Shown here: positions 6,036 to 14,115 of the stretch, in pieces | How positions within the stretch are numbered: position 1 is the stretch's first letter | Layout: each line of letters starts with the position of its first letter | From: a virus | Strand: one strand, 5' to 3' | IMG/VR virus record: IMGVR_UViG_3300003779_000001 | Coordinates: 1 to 34,486 of that record | DNA: 34,486 nt | Position numbers and translations under genes: made by a program | Notes under the pieces: generated by a model | What the model saw: the letters and a program-made list of their open reading frames with translations, nothing else | Told to the model about the DNA's origin: nothing | The model's database searches: none

Positions 6036-7582
6036 TGGCGAGACGGCGTGGCGCGACAGGCAAGGCAAAAGAGGCGAAAGAAACCTCTACCATTTTTGAC
6101 GGCTTGGACTTCGACTTTAGTGGCAGTCCGACAATATGGCGATTTTTGCACGACAATTCGTTTTTCCGAGGGATCATGGGTCCGGTCGGATCGGGGAAGA
6201 GCTTCGCTTGCGCAGCGGAGGTATTCTTGCGTGCCGTCAAGCAAACGCCTACCGCATCCGATAATATCCGCTATACGCGATTTGCCGTCATTCGTAACAG
6301 CTATCCCGAATTGCGAACGACGACAATTAAGACGTGGAATAGTATTTTCCCGGAAAATATCTTCGGGCCCATGCGATGGTCTCCACCATTGAGCCATCAT
6401 ATTCGGCTCCCACCTCGTGGCAATGCTGCGGGAATAGACTGCGAAGTCATCTTCCTGGCCTTAGATCAGCCCAAGGACGTTCGGAAACTATTGTCTCTCG
6501 AACTGACAGGGGCCTGGATCAATGAGGCGCGGGAGATTCCCTTGGGAGTCGTCCAGGGATTGACCCATCGTGTCGGTCGCTATCCGTCCAAGATTCATGG
6601 CGGTCCTGATTGGAGAGGGATTTGGGCAGATACGAATCCGATGGGAAATGATTCATGGTGGTACCGCCTGGCGGAAAAGGAGCCCATCAAGGGCCGGTAC
6701 AAATGGACCTTCTTCAAGCAGCCTGGCGCGATGATTCGGACCGACCGCGCCGATGAGGGAATTCCCGCCGCCGGCAAGTATTGGAGACCAGGGGAAAACG
6801 TTGAGAATATACAGAACCTGCCCATCGGCTACTACGAGCAGCAGCTGGGCGGCAAATCGCTCGATTGGATCGAATGTTACGTTGGCGGCAATTATGTCTA
6901 TGTGCAGGAGGGCCTTCCCATCTGGCCAGAGTATGATGACACGATCATGGCCACTGATAATCTGATACCCGACAAGGACCTTCCAATTCAAGTCGGTCTC
7001 GACTTCGGCTTGACACCCGCCGCCGTCATCGGGCAACGTTTTCCCACCGGGGTTTGGCATGTTCTGAACGAAATCGTCACGGAAGACATGGGGCTAGAAC
7101 GGTTCGGTCTCATGCTTCTGCATGTGCTGAATACCCAGTATCCCGGTTATGAAATCAAATGTTGGGGTGACCCGTCCGGCACCAAACGAGACGAGATATT
7201 CGAGGTTACGTCGTTCGACCACCTGAGAAGTATTGGGCTGACGGCATACCCCACCGCTTCGAACGCCTTTCGTGTCCGCCGTGAGGCAGGAGCTCTTCCC
7301 ATGACACGTCTGTTCAGGGGGCGGCCCAGCCTTTTGGTTGCCGATACATGTAAAAAGCTGCGGCGTGCGCTAGCGGGTGGATACCATTTCAAAGGTGCGG
7401 CGACTGATGCGTTGGATGGTCGCCGCAGGGACCTACCATACAAGAATGACAGTTCACATGTGGGCGATGCCTTTGGATATTTGATGCTGGGCGGCGGGGA
7501 GCACAGGGTCTTGACGCGCCCACCCGGCATGCAGCAGCATGAGCCCCTGATCATAGCCGATCATGATTTCCGGGTGATCTGA
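6035..7582 (+). CDS. terL: Terminase large subunit
   Basis: The track starts at TTG 6032. I prefer ATG 6035, which has GGAAGGA upstream. Walker A is GIMGPVGSGKSF, followed by IRNSYPELRTTTIKTW, Walker B-like TGAWINEA, and nuclease-half motifs VGLDFGLTPAA and CWGDPSG. Confidence 0.9.
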   Translation: MARRRGATGKAKEAKETSTIFDGLDFDFSGSPTIWRFLHDNSFFRGIMGPVGSGKSFACAAEVFLRAVKQTPTASDNIRYTRFAVIRNSYPELRTTTIKTWNSIFPENIFGPMRWSPPLSHHIRLPPRGNAAGIDCEVIFLALDQPKDVRKLLSLELTGAWINEAREIPLGVVQGLTHRVGRYPSKIHGGPDWRGIWADTNPMGNDSWWYRLAEKEPIKGRYKWTFFKQPGAMIRTDRADEGIPAAGKYWRPGENVENIQNLPIGYYEQQLGGKSLDWIECYVGGNYVYVQEGLPIWPEYDDTIMATDNLIPDKDLPIQVGLDFGLTPAAVIGQRFPTGVWHVLNEIVTEDMGLERFGLMLLHVLNTQYPGYEIKCWGDPSGTKRDEIFEVTSFDHLRSIGLTAYPTASNAFRVRREAGALPMTRLFRGRPSLLVADTCKKLRRALAGGYHFKGAATDALDGRRRDLPYKNDSSHVGDAFGYLMLGGGEHRVLTRPPGMQQHEPLIIADHDFRVI

Positions 7583-8083
7583 ATGCTGCTGGAAAAAATA
7601 CAAATCATTACGCCGGCGGAAGTCACGGCTTGGTTCGGGCTCGATGCCGTCCCATTCCAAGAAAAACACTTACGGAACATCCAGTTAACGCCAAACGATC
7701 GTGAGTCATTGGAGAGAATGCCATCACATTATCAAGCCATCTTGCAGCAAAGCCATGATCAGGTGGCCTACGCGCTGCTTGACGCCGATGATGTGGTTGC
7801 CATATTCGGCCTTTATTCCATGTGGCCGGGCGTCGCGGAGCTTTGGGCTATCCCTTCGATAATCTCACCAGGCAGGGGCATCCGTGCCGTTCGTGGAGGC
7901 CGAAGATTTTGCGAGGCCGCTGCGGTCAAACTGGAATTGTGGCGGCTGCAAGCGGTTGTGAACTCTCGCTGGCTCGCGAATTCCAGATTTGTGAAAATGC
8001 TTGGCTTCGAGAAGGAAGCCACGCTATTCTGTTTTGGACCTGAACGTGAAAATTTCCATGTCTATGCGAGGTTTTTCGAATGA
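7583..8083 (+). CDS. GNAT-like small acetyltransferase-fold protein
   Basis: LWRLQAVVNSRWLANSRFVKMLGFEKEATL resembles the GNAT RL.a.V...N..S.rf.ekLGF..EG signature. From memory it resembles small phage DUF2833-type proteins. It has a TGAATG junction with terL and an ATGA overlap with the next gene. Confidence 0.55.
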   Translation: MLLEKIQIITPAEVTAWFGLDAVPFQEKHLRNIQLTPNDRESLERMPSHYQAILQQSHDQVAYALLDADDVVAIFGLYSMWPGVAELWAIPSIISPGRGIRAVRGGRRFCEAAAVKLELWRLQAVVNSRWLANSRFVKMLGFEKEATLFCFGPERENFHVYARFFE

Positions 8084-8610
8084 CAATACCATCCAAATGG
8101 GTGAGCTTTGGCCAGGCGATCCGCAAGGCCCGCAAGGCCAAGGGGCTTACTCAGAAAGGGCTTGCCGCCCTTGTTATAAAGCAAGATCGTGCGGGCGATA
8201 AGTGGCCGCCTTTGCCACGCACGTCAATTTCGGTGCCATACCTGAGTGACATCGAACGTGGCTACCGTCGTCCTACGGCAGACCATATCATCCGCCAGTT
8301 CGCGCAAGCGCTTGATGAAGACGAAAGATATCTGTTCGCGTTGGCTGGCAAAATCCCTGACGGCGTTCGTAAACTCGCCGAATATCAAGATCGAGACATA
8401 GTCATCAAAGCATTTAGTAATTTCATGGAGACCCTTTGGAGGTTAAAAACAGCAGACTTGGAATCAATACGCTCTACTCCTACTTTTCGTGCTCGCGACA
8501 TCGATGAAGAGTTGAGAGTGATAAAGGGAGAAAAGGAGCCGCAAAGAAGCTATTCCAATGAGGAGGGGGCTATCCTGAAAATGACGTTGATTCAAGAGCG
8601 CAACAACTGA
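8080..8610 (+). CDS. XRE-type HTH protein with an unknown C-terminal domain, embedded in the packaging/portal block
   Basis: FGQAIRKARKAKGLTQKGLAAL....ISVPYLSDIERGYRRPTADHIIRQFAQAL is an XRE HTH with an inserted loop. The C-terminal ~80 aa are AT-rich and unassigned. Confidence 0.75.
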   Translation: MTIPSKWVSFGQAIRKARKAKGLTQKGLAALVIKQDRAGDKWPPLPRTSISVPYLSDIERGYRRPTADHIIRQFAQALDEDERYLFALAGKIPDGVRKLAEYQDRDIVIKAFSNFMETLWRLKTADLESIRSTPTFRARDIDEELRVIKGEKEPQRSYSNEEGAILKMTLIQERNN

Positions 8611-8622
8611 GAGAGGTTTCCA

Positions 8623-8898
8623 ATGACTAGAGTCGTTAAAACACTCTTTGGTGGCTTTTCCGAATCGCCATCGACACCAGCCGCGGCCCAGGCTGCGCAA
8701 TCGGAAAGCCTGGCCAAGATCGAGCTGGAGCAAAAGCGGCTTGATGAAGAGCAGAAACGTCTCGACGAAGACCTAAAAAAAAGGCAAGCGAAAGTTTCAA
8801 AGCCAAAGAAAAGCATCCCTGGGTATAGTCTTCTGTTGTCGCCTTATCGTGAAGACGCGGCACGAGGAATTAGGGGCAGTAAGAGCGTGAGGCCATAA
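8623..8898 (+). CDS. Small charged coiled-coil protein (91 aa)
   Basis: RBS GAGAGG. Contains KIELEQKRLDEEQKRLDEDLKKRQAK. It overlaps the portal start through TAATG. Confidence 0.6.
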   Translation: MTRVVKTLFGGFSESPSTPAAAQAAQSESLAKIELEQKRLDEEQKRLDEDLKKRQAKVSKPKKSIPGYSLLLSPYREDAARGIRGSKSVRP

Positions 8899-10424
8899 TG
8901 CCTTCTAGTGAAGAGGTGCTGCGCCGCTCGGAGCGTGCGTTTTCCCGCAAGGCACAGTGGCGCAGGCTTTATGAAGACTGCTACACCTACGCTCTTCCAC
9001 AGCGGAATCTCTATTATGGAGGCTATGAATTTGGCGCTGATGGCCAGAGCAAGACCGCGCGGGTTTTCGATTCGACGGCAATCAATTCGACTCAGCGGTT
9101 TGCCAATCGCATTCAATCTGCTCTCTTCCCTCCATACCGACGTTGGTGCCATTTGCGTCCTGGCCATGACGTGCCTGGCGAAAGCCACGACGAGGTAGCC
9201 GCGTCATTAGACTTGATTACCGAGCAAATGTTCACACTTCTACGCCAGACGAATTTTGATCTGGCGATATCGGAATTTCTTCTCGACCTTTGTGTCGGCA
9301 CGGCGGTTATGCTTGTGATGCCAGGCGATGAGGACACACCGATTCGATTCCAGGCGGTTCCGCAATACCTTGTCAGTATCGAGGAGGGTCCGCATGGAAC
9401 CGTGGATAACGTCTACCGCAAGGTGCGCGTGCGGGCGGATACGATAGTACGGCAATGGCCGGATGCCGTGCTGCCCGACAGGATCCAGCATCAAATAGAG
9501 GACAAGCCGGACAGCGACTTGATGTTGCTGGAAGCGACATTGTGGTCCCAGGACGATGGGGCCTATACCTATCATGTGATCTACTCCGAAGACCGCACTG
9601 AATTGGTGCACCGACTGATGCCTGTCAGCCCATGGGTTGTCGCACGCTATACGAAAGTTGCCGGCGAAGTCTACGGAAGGGGGCCGTTAGTGTCCGCTTT
9701 GCCTGACATCAAGACCTTGAACAAAGTCAAGGAACTGCTTCTAAAAAATGCGTCGCTTGCCGTGACGGGTGTTTACACAGCAGCCGACGACGGGGTTTTG
9801 AACCCGAACAATATCTCGATTGTCCCCGGAGCTATCATCCCTGTGGCCCGCAACGGCGGGCCACAGGGCGAAAGCCTGCGACCGTTGCGGGCCGCTGGCG
9901 ACTTCAACATTACCCAGCTGATCATCAATGATCTGATCGTCAGCGTGAAAAAAACGCTACTGGACGATACGTTGCCGCCAGAGACACAATCAGCACGTTC
10001 GGCGACGGAGATCGCCGAACGCATGAAGGAGCTCTCGCAGAATCTCGGGTCGGCTTATGGTCGTCTTATCATCGAGTGTATGATGCCGATCGTCGATCGC
10101 ATCCTTCATGCGCTGAGCGAACGCGATCATATCCATTTGCCCTTGCGCGCGGATGGCAAGGTCGTCAAGGTCGTCCCGGTTTCGCCTCTGGCACGGGCTC
10201 AAGATATGGAAGACCTGGACAGCGTTCTGCAATTCCTGAGTCTGGCCGAACGTGGCGGCGTCGCTGCGCAAGTCGCGGTCAATCAAGACGAGGCGATTGA
10301 TTATATTGCTGACAAGCTGTCCGTTCCGGACAGCGTGCTTAATTCTCGGGAACAGCGTGAAGCCATCCTGGCGGAGATGCAGGCTATCGCCGCCGCTCAG
10401 CAGCAGCAACAGCCTGAAGGGTGA
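8898..10424 (+). CDS. Portal (podovirus head-to-tail connector type)
   Basis: 508 aa. The N-terminus (RRSERAFSRKAQWRRLYEDCYTYALPQRN..FDSTAINSTQRFANRIQSALFPP) resembles T7 gp8-type connectors. It sits downstream of the terminase genes. Confidence 0.85.
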   Translation: MPSSEEVLRRSERAFSRKAQWRRLYEDCYTYALPQRNLYYGGYEFGADGQSKTARVFDSTAINSTQRFANRIQSALFPPYRRWCHLRPGHDVPGESHDEVAASLDLITEQMFTLLRQTNFDLAISEFLLDLCVGTAVMLVMPGDEDTPIRFQAVPQYLVSIEEGPHGTVDNVYRKVRVRADTIVRQWPDAVLPDRIQHQIEDKPDSDLMLLEATLWSQDDGAYTYHVIYSEDRTELVHRLMPVSPWVVARYTKVAGEVYGRGPLVSALPDIKTLNKVKELLLKNASLAVTGVYTAADDGVLNPNNISIVPGAIIPVARNGGPQGESLRPLRAAGDFNITQLIINDLIVSVKKTLLDDTLPPETQSARSATEIAERMKELSQNLGSAYGRLIIECMMPIVDRILHALSERDHIHLPLRADGKVVKVVPVSPLARAQDMEDLDSVLQFLSLAERGGVAAQVAVNQDEAIDYIADKLSVPDSVLNSREQREAILAEMQAIAAAQQQQQPEG

Positions 10425-10892
10425 TCAAGCCAAGAAAAGCGACATTTCGGCATCGCGTCGAATCACAAGACCCCTTAGAATGCGACCGCCGGCCAGCCTC
10501 CATTTCGGGAATTCCCCGGCCGCGCCGTCGTAGTCACCACGGTTCAGCTTTTGGCGAAGCGTTGACGCCTGTAAGTTTCCCGAGCCAACATTGTAGGTGA
10601 ACGAAACGAGCGCCGAAAATTGGTTGCTGGACAGTTGAACGGGTATCAGCAGCTCGACAGCGCGTTCGGTTAGCTTAACCTCGCGGAGCAATAAACCCTC
10701 GGCGGCGGCCTCCGAGATCGGCGGATGGTCCATCGTTACCCGCTTCCGGTCCATCCCATAGATACAGCCGTAACCGATCGTCGGCACGCCGATGGGGTCG
10801 AGGTACGGTTCCAGCATCGGAGTCCCCGGCTTGCCATCGCCAAGACCCTCGAACCGCTTGATGAGCGCAATGCCTTCGGGAGTGATTCTCAC
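10425..10892 (-). CDS. Endolysin, GH24 (T4-lysozyme-like) muramidase
   Basis: IKRFEGLGDG....YLDPIGVPTIGYG carries the E-D-T catalytic triad pattern. The track start is TTG 10931. I prefer GTG 10892 (MRITPEGIALIKRFEG), which overlaps the holin stop as GTGA. Confidence 0.85.
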   Translation of the reverse strand: MRITPEGIALIKRFEGLGDGKPGTPMLEPYLDPIGVPTIGYGCIYGMDRKRVTMDHPPISEAAAEGLLLREVKLTERAVELLIPVQLSSNQFSALVSFTYNVGSGNLQASTLRQKLNRGDYDGAAGEFPKWRLAGGRILRGLVIRRDAEMSLFLA

Positions 10893-11335
10893 GTTTGCCG
10901 CTGCCGCGAAAACGTCCGCGAGCCGAACCAAAACGAGATGACCGCCGCCCAGACCGCCTGAATTTCAGAATTCCAGATCAGCCGGTACAGTTCTCCGTCG
11001 ATCATTCCGAGAGCCAGCAGCCAGGTCAAAACGAAGAATTCACCGAACAGCAGGTAGGTGATCAGCGGTCGAACCGTCGCCGCGAGATTCACCACCCATT
11101 GTGCAGCGTACCCTTGCAGGGCTCGCGAATGTTTTATGAGCGCTCGGCTTTCGGCTATGTCGGCATCGACGTTGCGCGTCTTGAGCGCCATTTCGCCCAT
11201 GCGTTCCTGACGTTCGGTTTGTCGCTCCATAACCGCGAGCTCGTGCTTTTTGTCCTGCCTGTCTTGGAGATAATCCATGATCTTCGGCAGGAAGGATGTT
11301 CCGAACCCTAGCAGGCTACCGATTAAGCTAAGCAT
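10889..11335 (-). CDS. Holin, GTA-type 3-TM family
   Basis: The ATG at 11335 has AGGAGA 8 nt upstream (MLSLIGSLLGFGTSFLPKI...). It has a charged coiled middle, two further TM segments, and ends in VWAAVISFWFGSRTF, which is typical of GTA_holin_3TM proteins of Alphaproteobacteria. Confidence 0.7.
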   Translation of the reverse strand: MLSLIGSLLGFGTSFLPKIMDYLQDRQDKKHELAVMERQTERQERMGEMALKTRNVDADIAESRALIKHSRALQGYAAQWVVNLAATVRPLITYLLFGEFFVLTWLLALGMIDGELYRLIWNSEIQAVWAAVISFWFGSRTFSRQRQT

Positions 11336-11351
11336 GGTGTTGTCTCCTGTG

Positions 11352-11672
11352 TTAGAGCTCACTCAACAGGGTCGCGTAACCGACAAGATCGATTTGGGTA
11401 TCAGCGTGATGCGGATTCTCGATGAGACGGCTGCCTTTCAGTGCGAGCGCCATGAGCAGGACCCAGTCCGTCGGCGTCACCCAGTATCCCGGCTTGAGTT
11501 TGTCCTCCAAGATGATGGTGGCGATCGCGGCGGCGCGGTCGAAATTGATGGCCGGCGAGCCGTATTGAAGTGGCCGCTGGACGATGGCTTTTCTGGCTTC
11601 TGTCAGGATATCTTTAGCGTGAGAGCTCAGACCCTCTACTTCGTGTACTGATTCAGGGTGCTTGAGCATCAT
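11352..11672 (-). CDS. Conserved phage protein (DUF6378/SaV-like pattern)
   Basis: QRPLQYGSPAINFDRAAAIATI....VTPTDWVLLMALALKGSRLIENPHHADTQIDLVGYA fits the ..YG.p..nf..iA......t..Dv...m..lK..Rl..np.H.D...D..GYa pattern as I recall it. ATGA overlap with the upstream gene. Confidence 0.55.
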   Translation of the reverse strand: MMLKHPESVHEVEGLSSHAKDILTEARKAIVQRPLQYGSPAINFDRAAAIATIILEDKLKPGYWVTPTDWVLLMALALKGSRLIENPHHADTQIDLVGYATLLSEL

Positions 11673-11983
11673 TGGTCACCTTCTTTCAACAGGGCAAAGA
11701 AGTCCTCAAGGTCCAGAACGGCCAGAGGCCGTTGCCGGTCAGCGCCAATAATAAGGGCGTCCGCGGTCGCCAACCAAGCATAAATTTGCTTGAAGCCTCC
11801 AGCCCGTTTCTTGACTTCAAGACGCCAGGGCTCACCGTGGGGAGCTCTGACGATGACGTCGTCCTTGAACCCGGCGGCAGCCCCGGACAGCGGCACGCGG
11901 ACAGCCTTGAGGTCATGCTCAAGAGCGGTGGCCACGATCTGACGTTCGAAGCGATTACCCTTATCTCTGGATGCGCGAGTCAT
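11669..11983 (-). CDS. Holliday-junction-resolvase-like PD-(D/E)XK endonuclease (Hjc-type)
   Basis: 104 aa. Contains KGNRFERQIVATALEH..VRVPLSG....DDVIV......LEVKKR, i.e. the D...E-x-K arrangement. Confidence 0.7.
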   Translation of the reverse strand: MTRASRDKGNRFERQIVATALEHDLKAVRVPLSGAAAGFKDDVIVRAPHGEPWRLEVKKRAGGFKQIYAWLATADALIIGADRQRPLAVLDLEDFFALLKEGDQ

Positions 11984-12010
11984 TCGGCTACCAAAGGCTT
12001 CTGCCGTTCA

Positions 12011-12394
12011 TTATTTATCTCTCAGACTCTTATTTTGAAATACATCCTCTTCTGCTTCAAGCAAAGTCATAGAACGCTTGATCGGCGGAACGTACTTTTC
12101 CGGATAGCGGACATACAAGTTGAGCAGGTGACGCAGCTGCGCCGATGGCTGCACGCCATGTTCCTTGCAAAGCGCAAAAAAGTCTTCCTTTTGTTGAGTA
12201 AGGAGGCGCGTCGCAATAAAAACAGGATCAGTCGTTATTTTTTCGGTTGTTAGCAATTCGTGTGGGGTTTTCAAGAAAAGTCTGATCATATGCCGCAAGC
12301 TGCTTGTTGGTGAATTGCCATGTTCCTTGGCCACGGTATGAAATTTGTCGTGAAGTTCTCTCGAAACATACACAGTTAATGGGATGGCTTTCAT
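12011..12394 (-). CDS. Single-chain tandem ribbon-helix-helix (2 x RHH) DNA-binding protein
   Basis: Two internal RHH-like units: PLTVYVSRELHDKFHTVAKEHGNSPTSSLRHMIRLFL and VFIATRLLTQQKEDFFALCKEHGVQPSAQLRHLLNLYV. Low-GC gene. Confidence 0.6.
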   Translation of the reverse strand: MKAIPLTVYVSRELHDKFHTVAKEHGNSPTSSLRHMIRLFLKTPHELLTTEKITTDPVFIATRLLTQQKEDFFALCKEHGVQPSAQLRHLLNLYVRYPEKYVPPIKRSMTLLEAEEDVFQNKSLRDK

Positions 12395-12425
12395 GTTTTT
12401 TCCTTTTCTTGTTGCGGACCAGGGC

Positions 12426-12455
12426 CACCCCGTCAGCCGTTGGCTGACGGGGGTG
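12426..12455 (-). promoter_or_regulatory. GC-rich hairpin between the two RHH paralogs
   Basis: caccccgtcagcc / gtt / ggctgacgggggtg (one bulged G). No U-tract follows on the minus strand. Confidence 0.4.
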
Positions 12456-12466
12456 AGGTTGACTAT

Positions 12467-12949
12467 TTATTCGTCGTTCTTTGTCTCCTTAATTTCGGCT
12501 ATGTATGAGCCAACGGAGCGAGCACGGTTTTCTGGTGCTTCCGCAACCTTTCGCGTTGTATCGCGAAGCAATGCCTCTTTGAGCGCAGCCTCTTCCGCCT
12601 CAGCTTGATCTTGATCCGGAGTATACTTGTCCGGATCAGCGAAATACAGGTTGATCAGATAATAAAGCGTCCCGTCAACATCTAAGTTCAGCCGTTTACA
12701 GACAGCATGAAAATCGTCACCTTGTTCGGCAAAAATCGGCACTGTGACTATGGCTCCATCAGTCTTCATTGGCTTAGTAGTTGTCATGTCCATCGGGTTT
12801 TTAATAAACTGTTTGATCATATGCCGTGCAACGCTCGGTATCGTAACTCCGCGCTTTTCTACTACATGGCGAAGTTCCTCCTGAAACGCTTTTGTAATAA
12901 TCACGAGCAGGTTATTAACTTCAAAACCAAGGCTTGTTTTTTTCTTCAT
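12467..12949 (-). CDS. Single-chain tandem RHH protein, paralog of 12011..12394, with an acidic C-terminal tail
   Basis: Units LLVIITKAFQEELRHVVEKRGVTIPSVARHMIKQFI and IVTVPIFAEQGDDFHAVCKRLNLDVDGTLYYLINLYF. Both proteins share ..NLY[VF].[YD]P[ED]KY[VT]P after unit 2. Confidence 0.6.
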   Translation of the reverse strand: MKKKTSLGFEVNNLLVIITKAFQEELRHVVEKRGVTIPSVARHMIKQFIKNPMDMTTTKPMKTDGAIVTVPIFAEQGDDFHAVCKRLNLDVDGTLYYLINLYFADPDKYTPDQDQAEAEEAALKEALLRDTTRKVAEAPENRARSVGSYIAEIKETKNDE

Positions 12950-12990
12950 GTTATTCCCTTCCTTTTGTTAGATAAATGATGGTTTACGAC

Positions 12991-13017
12991 CCTATAGCAT
13001 CACTTTAATCGCGTCAA
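12991..13017 (-). promoter_or_regulatory. Candidate extended -10 promoter for the RHH/resolvase/lysis operon
   Basis: On the minus strand: TTGACG (13017..13012), a 15-nt spacer, then TGcTATAGG (12999..12991). It overlaps the cassette-boundary motifs described in the findings. Confidence 0.35.
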
Positions 13018-13108
13018 GCTGATAATTTTGATAGTCCGGTTAAAATTTTCTATTGCTCCACCAAGCATGTTCATGCTAGTCTCAAATAAACCAATTAAAG
13101 AGGCGATC

Positions 13109-13798
13109 ATGGAAAAATTTGAAGGATACATCTCCTATCTTCGTGTTTCGACGCAACGTCAAGGTCAATCCGGCCTCGGGCTAGAGGCTCAACGCAAGAC
13201 AATCTGCGATTTTCTTGGCAACACAAAGCCGCTTGCGGAATTTGTTGAGGTGGAGTCGGGAAGAAAGGACGAAGATGAACGACCACAACTTGAAGCAGCT
13301 ATCATTCAATGTCAGAAATTGAATGCGATATTGGTCGTCGCAAAGCTTGATAGATTATCTCGGAGCTTGGCCTTCATCACGAGGCTAAAGAAGGCAGGCA
13401 TTCGATTTGTTGCCTGCGATATGCCAGACCTACAGGATCCGGCAACATCAGGTCTCTTTCTAAATTTCATGGGCGCGATTGCCGAGTTTGAAAGCAAGCA
13501 AAACTCCCAACGTGTCAAAGCGGCTCTAGCGGCCAAGAAAGCTCGTGGCGAAAAGAAAAGACTGCCTGAAAACTATAAAGAGCTTGCGGCGAAAGCCAAT
13601 GAAGCCTACCGAAAAAAAAACCACGAGTGGACGAAGTCCGTATGGGTGATCATCCAGGAACTGGAAGCCTATGGCTGTACGACGCTGAAAAAAATAGCCG
13701 AAGGCTTGGAGGCGCGCGGCGTCAAAACGTTCCGTGGGCATAGCAAATGGTCCGAATCGAGCGTGATGTCGGTTCGCAACCGAATGAGGGGCACCTGA
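13109..13798 (+). CDS. Small serine recombinase (resolvase/invertase catalytic domain + short recombinase-type C-terminal HTH region)
   Basis: ATG at 13109 with AAGAGG upstream. YISYLRVSTQRQGQSGLGLEAQR contains the catalytic Ser. Also LVVAKLDRLSRS and AEFES. The C-terminus TLKKIAEGLEARGVKTFRGHSKWSESSVMSVRNR resembles the recombinase domain of large serine recombinases. Confidence 0.85.
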   Translation: MEKFEGYISYLRVSTQRQGQSGLGLEAQRKTICDFLGNTKPLAEFVEVESGRKDEDERPQLEAAIIQCQKLNAILVVAKLDRLSRSLAFITRLKKAGIRFVACDMPDLQDPATSGLFLNFMGAIAEFESKQNSQRVKAALAAKKARGEKKRLPENYKELAAKANEAYRKKNHEWTKSVWVIIQELEAYGCTTLKKIAEGLEARGVKTFRGHSKWSESSVMSVRNRMRGT

Positions 13799-13805
13799 CC
13801 GACGC

Positions 13806-14075
13806 CTAGACGGTCATCGATGCCCGGAACCAAGTCAGGATAAGGCCGACACTAAGGGAGACGATGGCACCGATGATCAGCCAGATGAAACGCTCGAAAC
13901 GCCTTTCGATGGCTTCCCGTCGAATCAGGTTGTTTTCCACCAGCCGGAGACGATTGGAGATATCTCCAATCGTGTCCGTGTGGTTCTCGATCGCATCCGC
14001 AATATGGTTGAGCTTTTCCTCGATGCGGGCGACCGCGACAATGATGGAATCGAAATCGGCGTGCGGTTCTGCCAT
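13806..14075 (-). CDS. Tail-anchored coiled-coil membrane protein (XhlA-like architecture)
   Basis: 89 aa. The N-terminal heptad-like region is IEEKLNHIADAIENHTDTIGDISNRLRLVENNL, and there is a single C-terminal TM, FIWLIIGAIVSLSVGLILTWF. The functional call rests on architecture only. Confidence 0.55.
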   Translation of the reverse strand: MAEPHADFDSIIVAVARIEEKLNHIADAIENHTDTIGDISNRLRLVENNLIRREAIERRFERFIWLIIGAIVSLSVGLILTWFRASMTV

Positions 14076-14115
14076 AACAGGTCAACTCTAGACGTTCGAA
14101 AGCAAGAAAGTCAAG

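Noticed and set aside
13064-13077. Short palindrome agcatg-tt-catgct upstream of the recombinase as its crossover site
   Set aside because: The arms are only 6 bp, which is expected by chance in this spacer. The boundary motifs at 12999..13033 and 14500..14533 are better supported.
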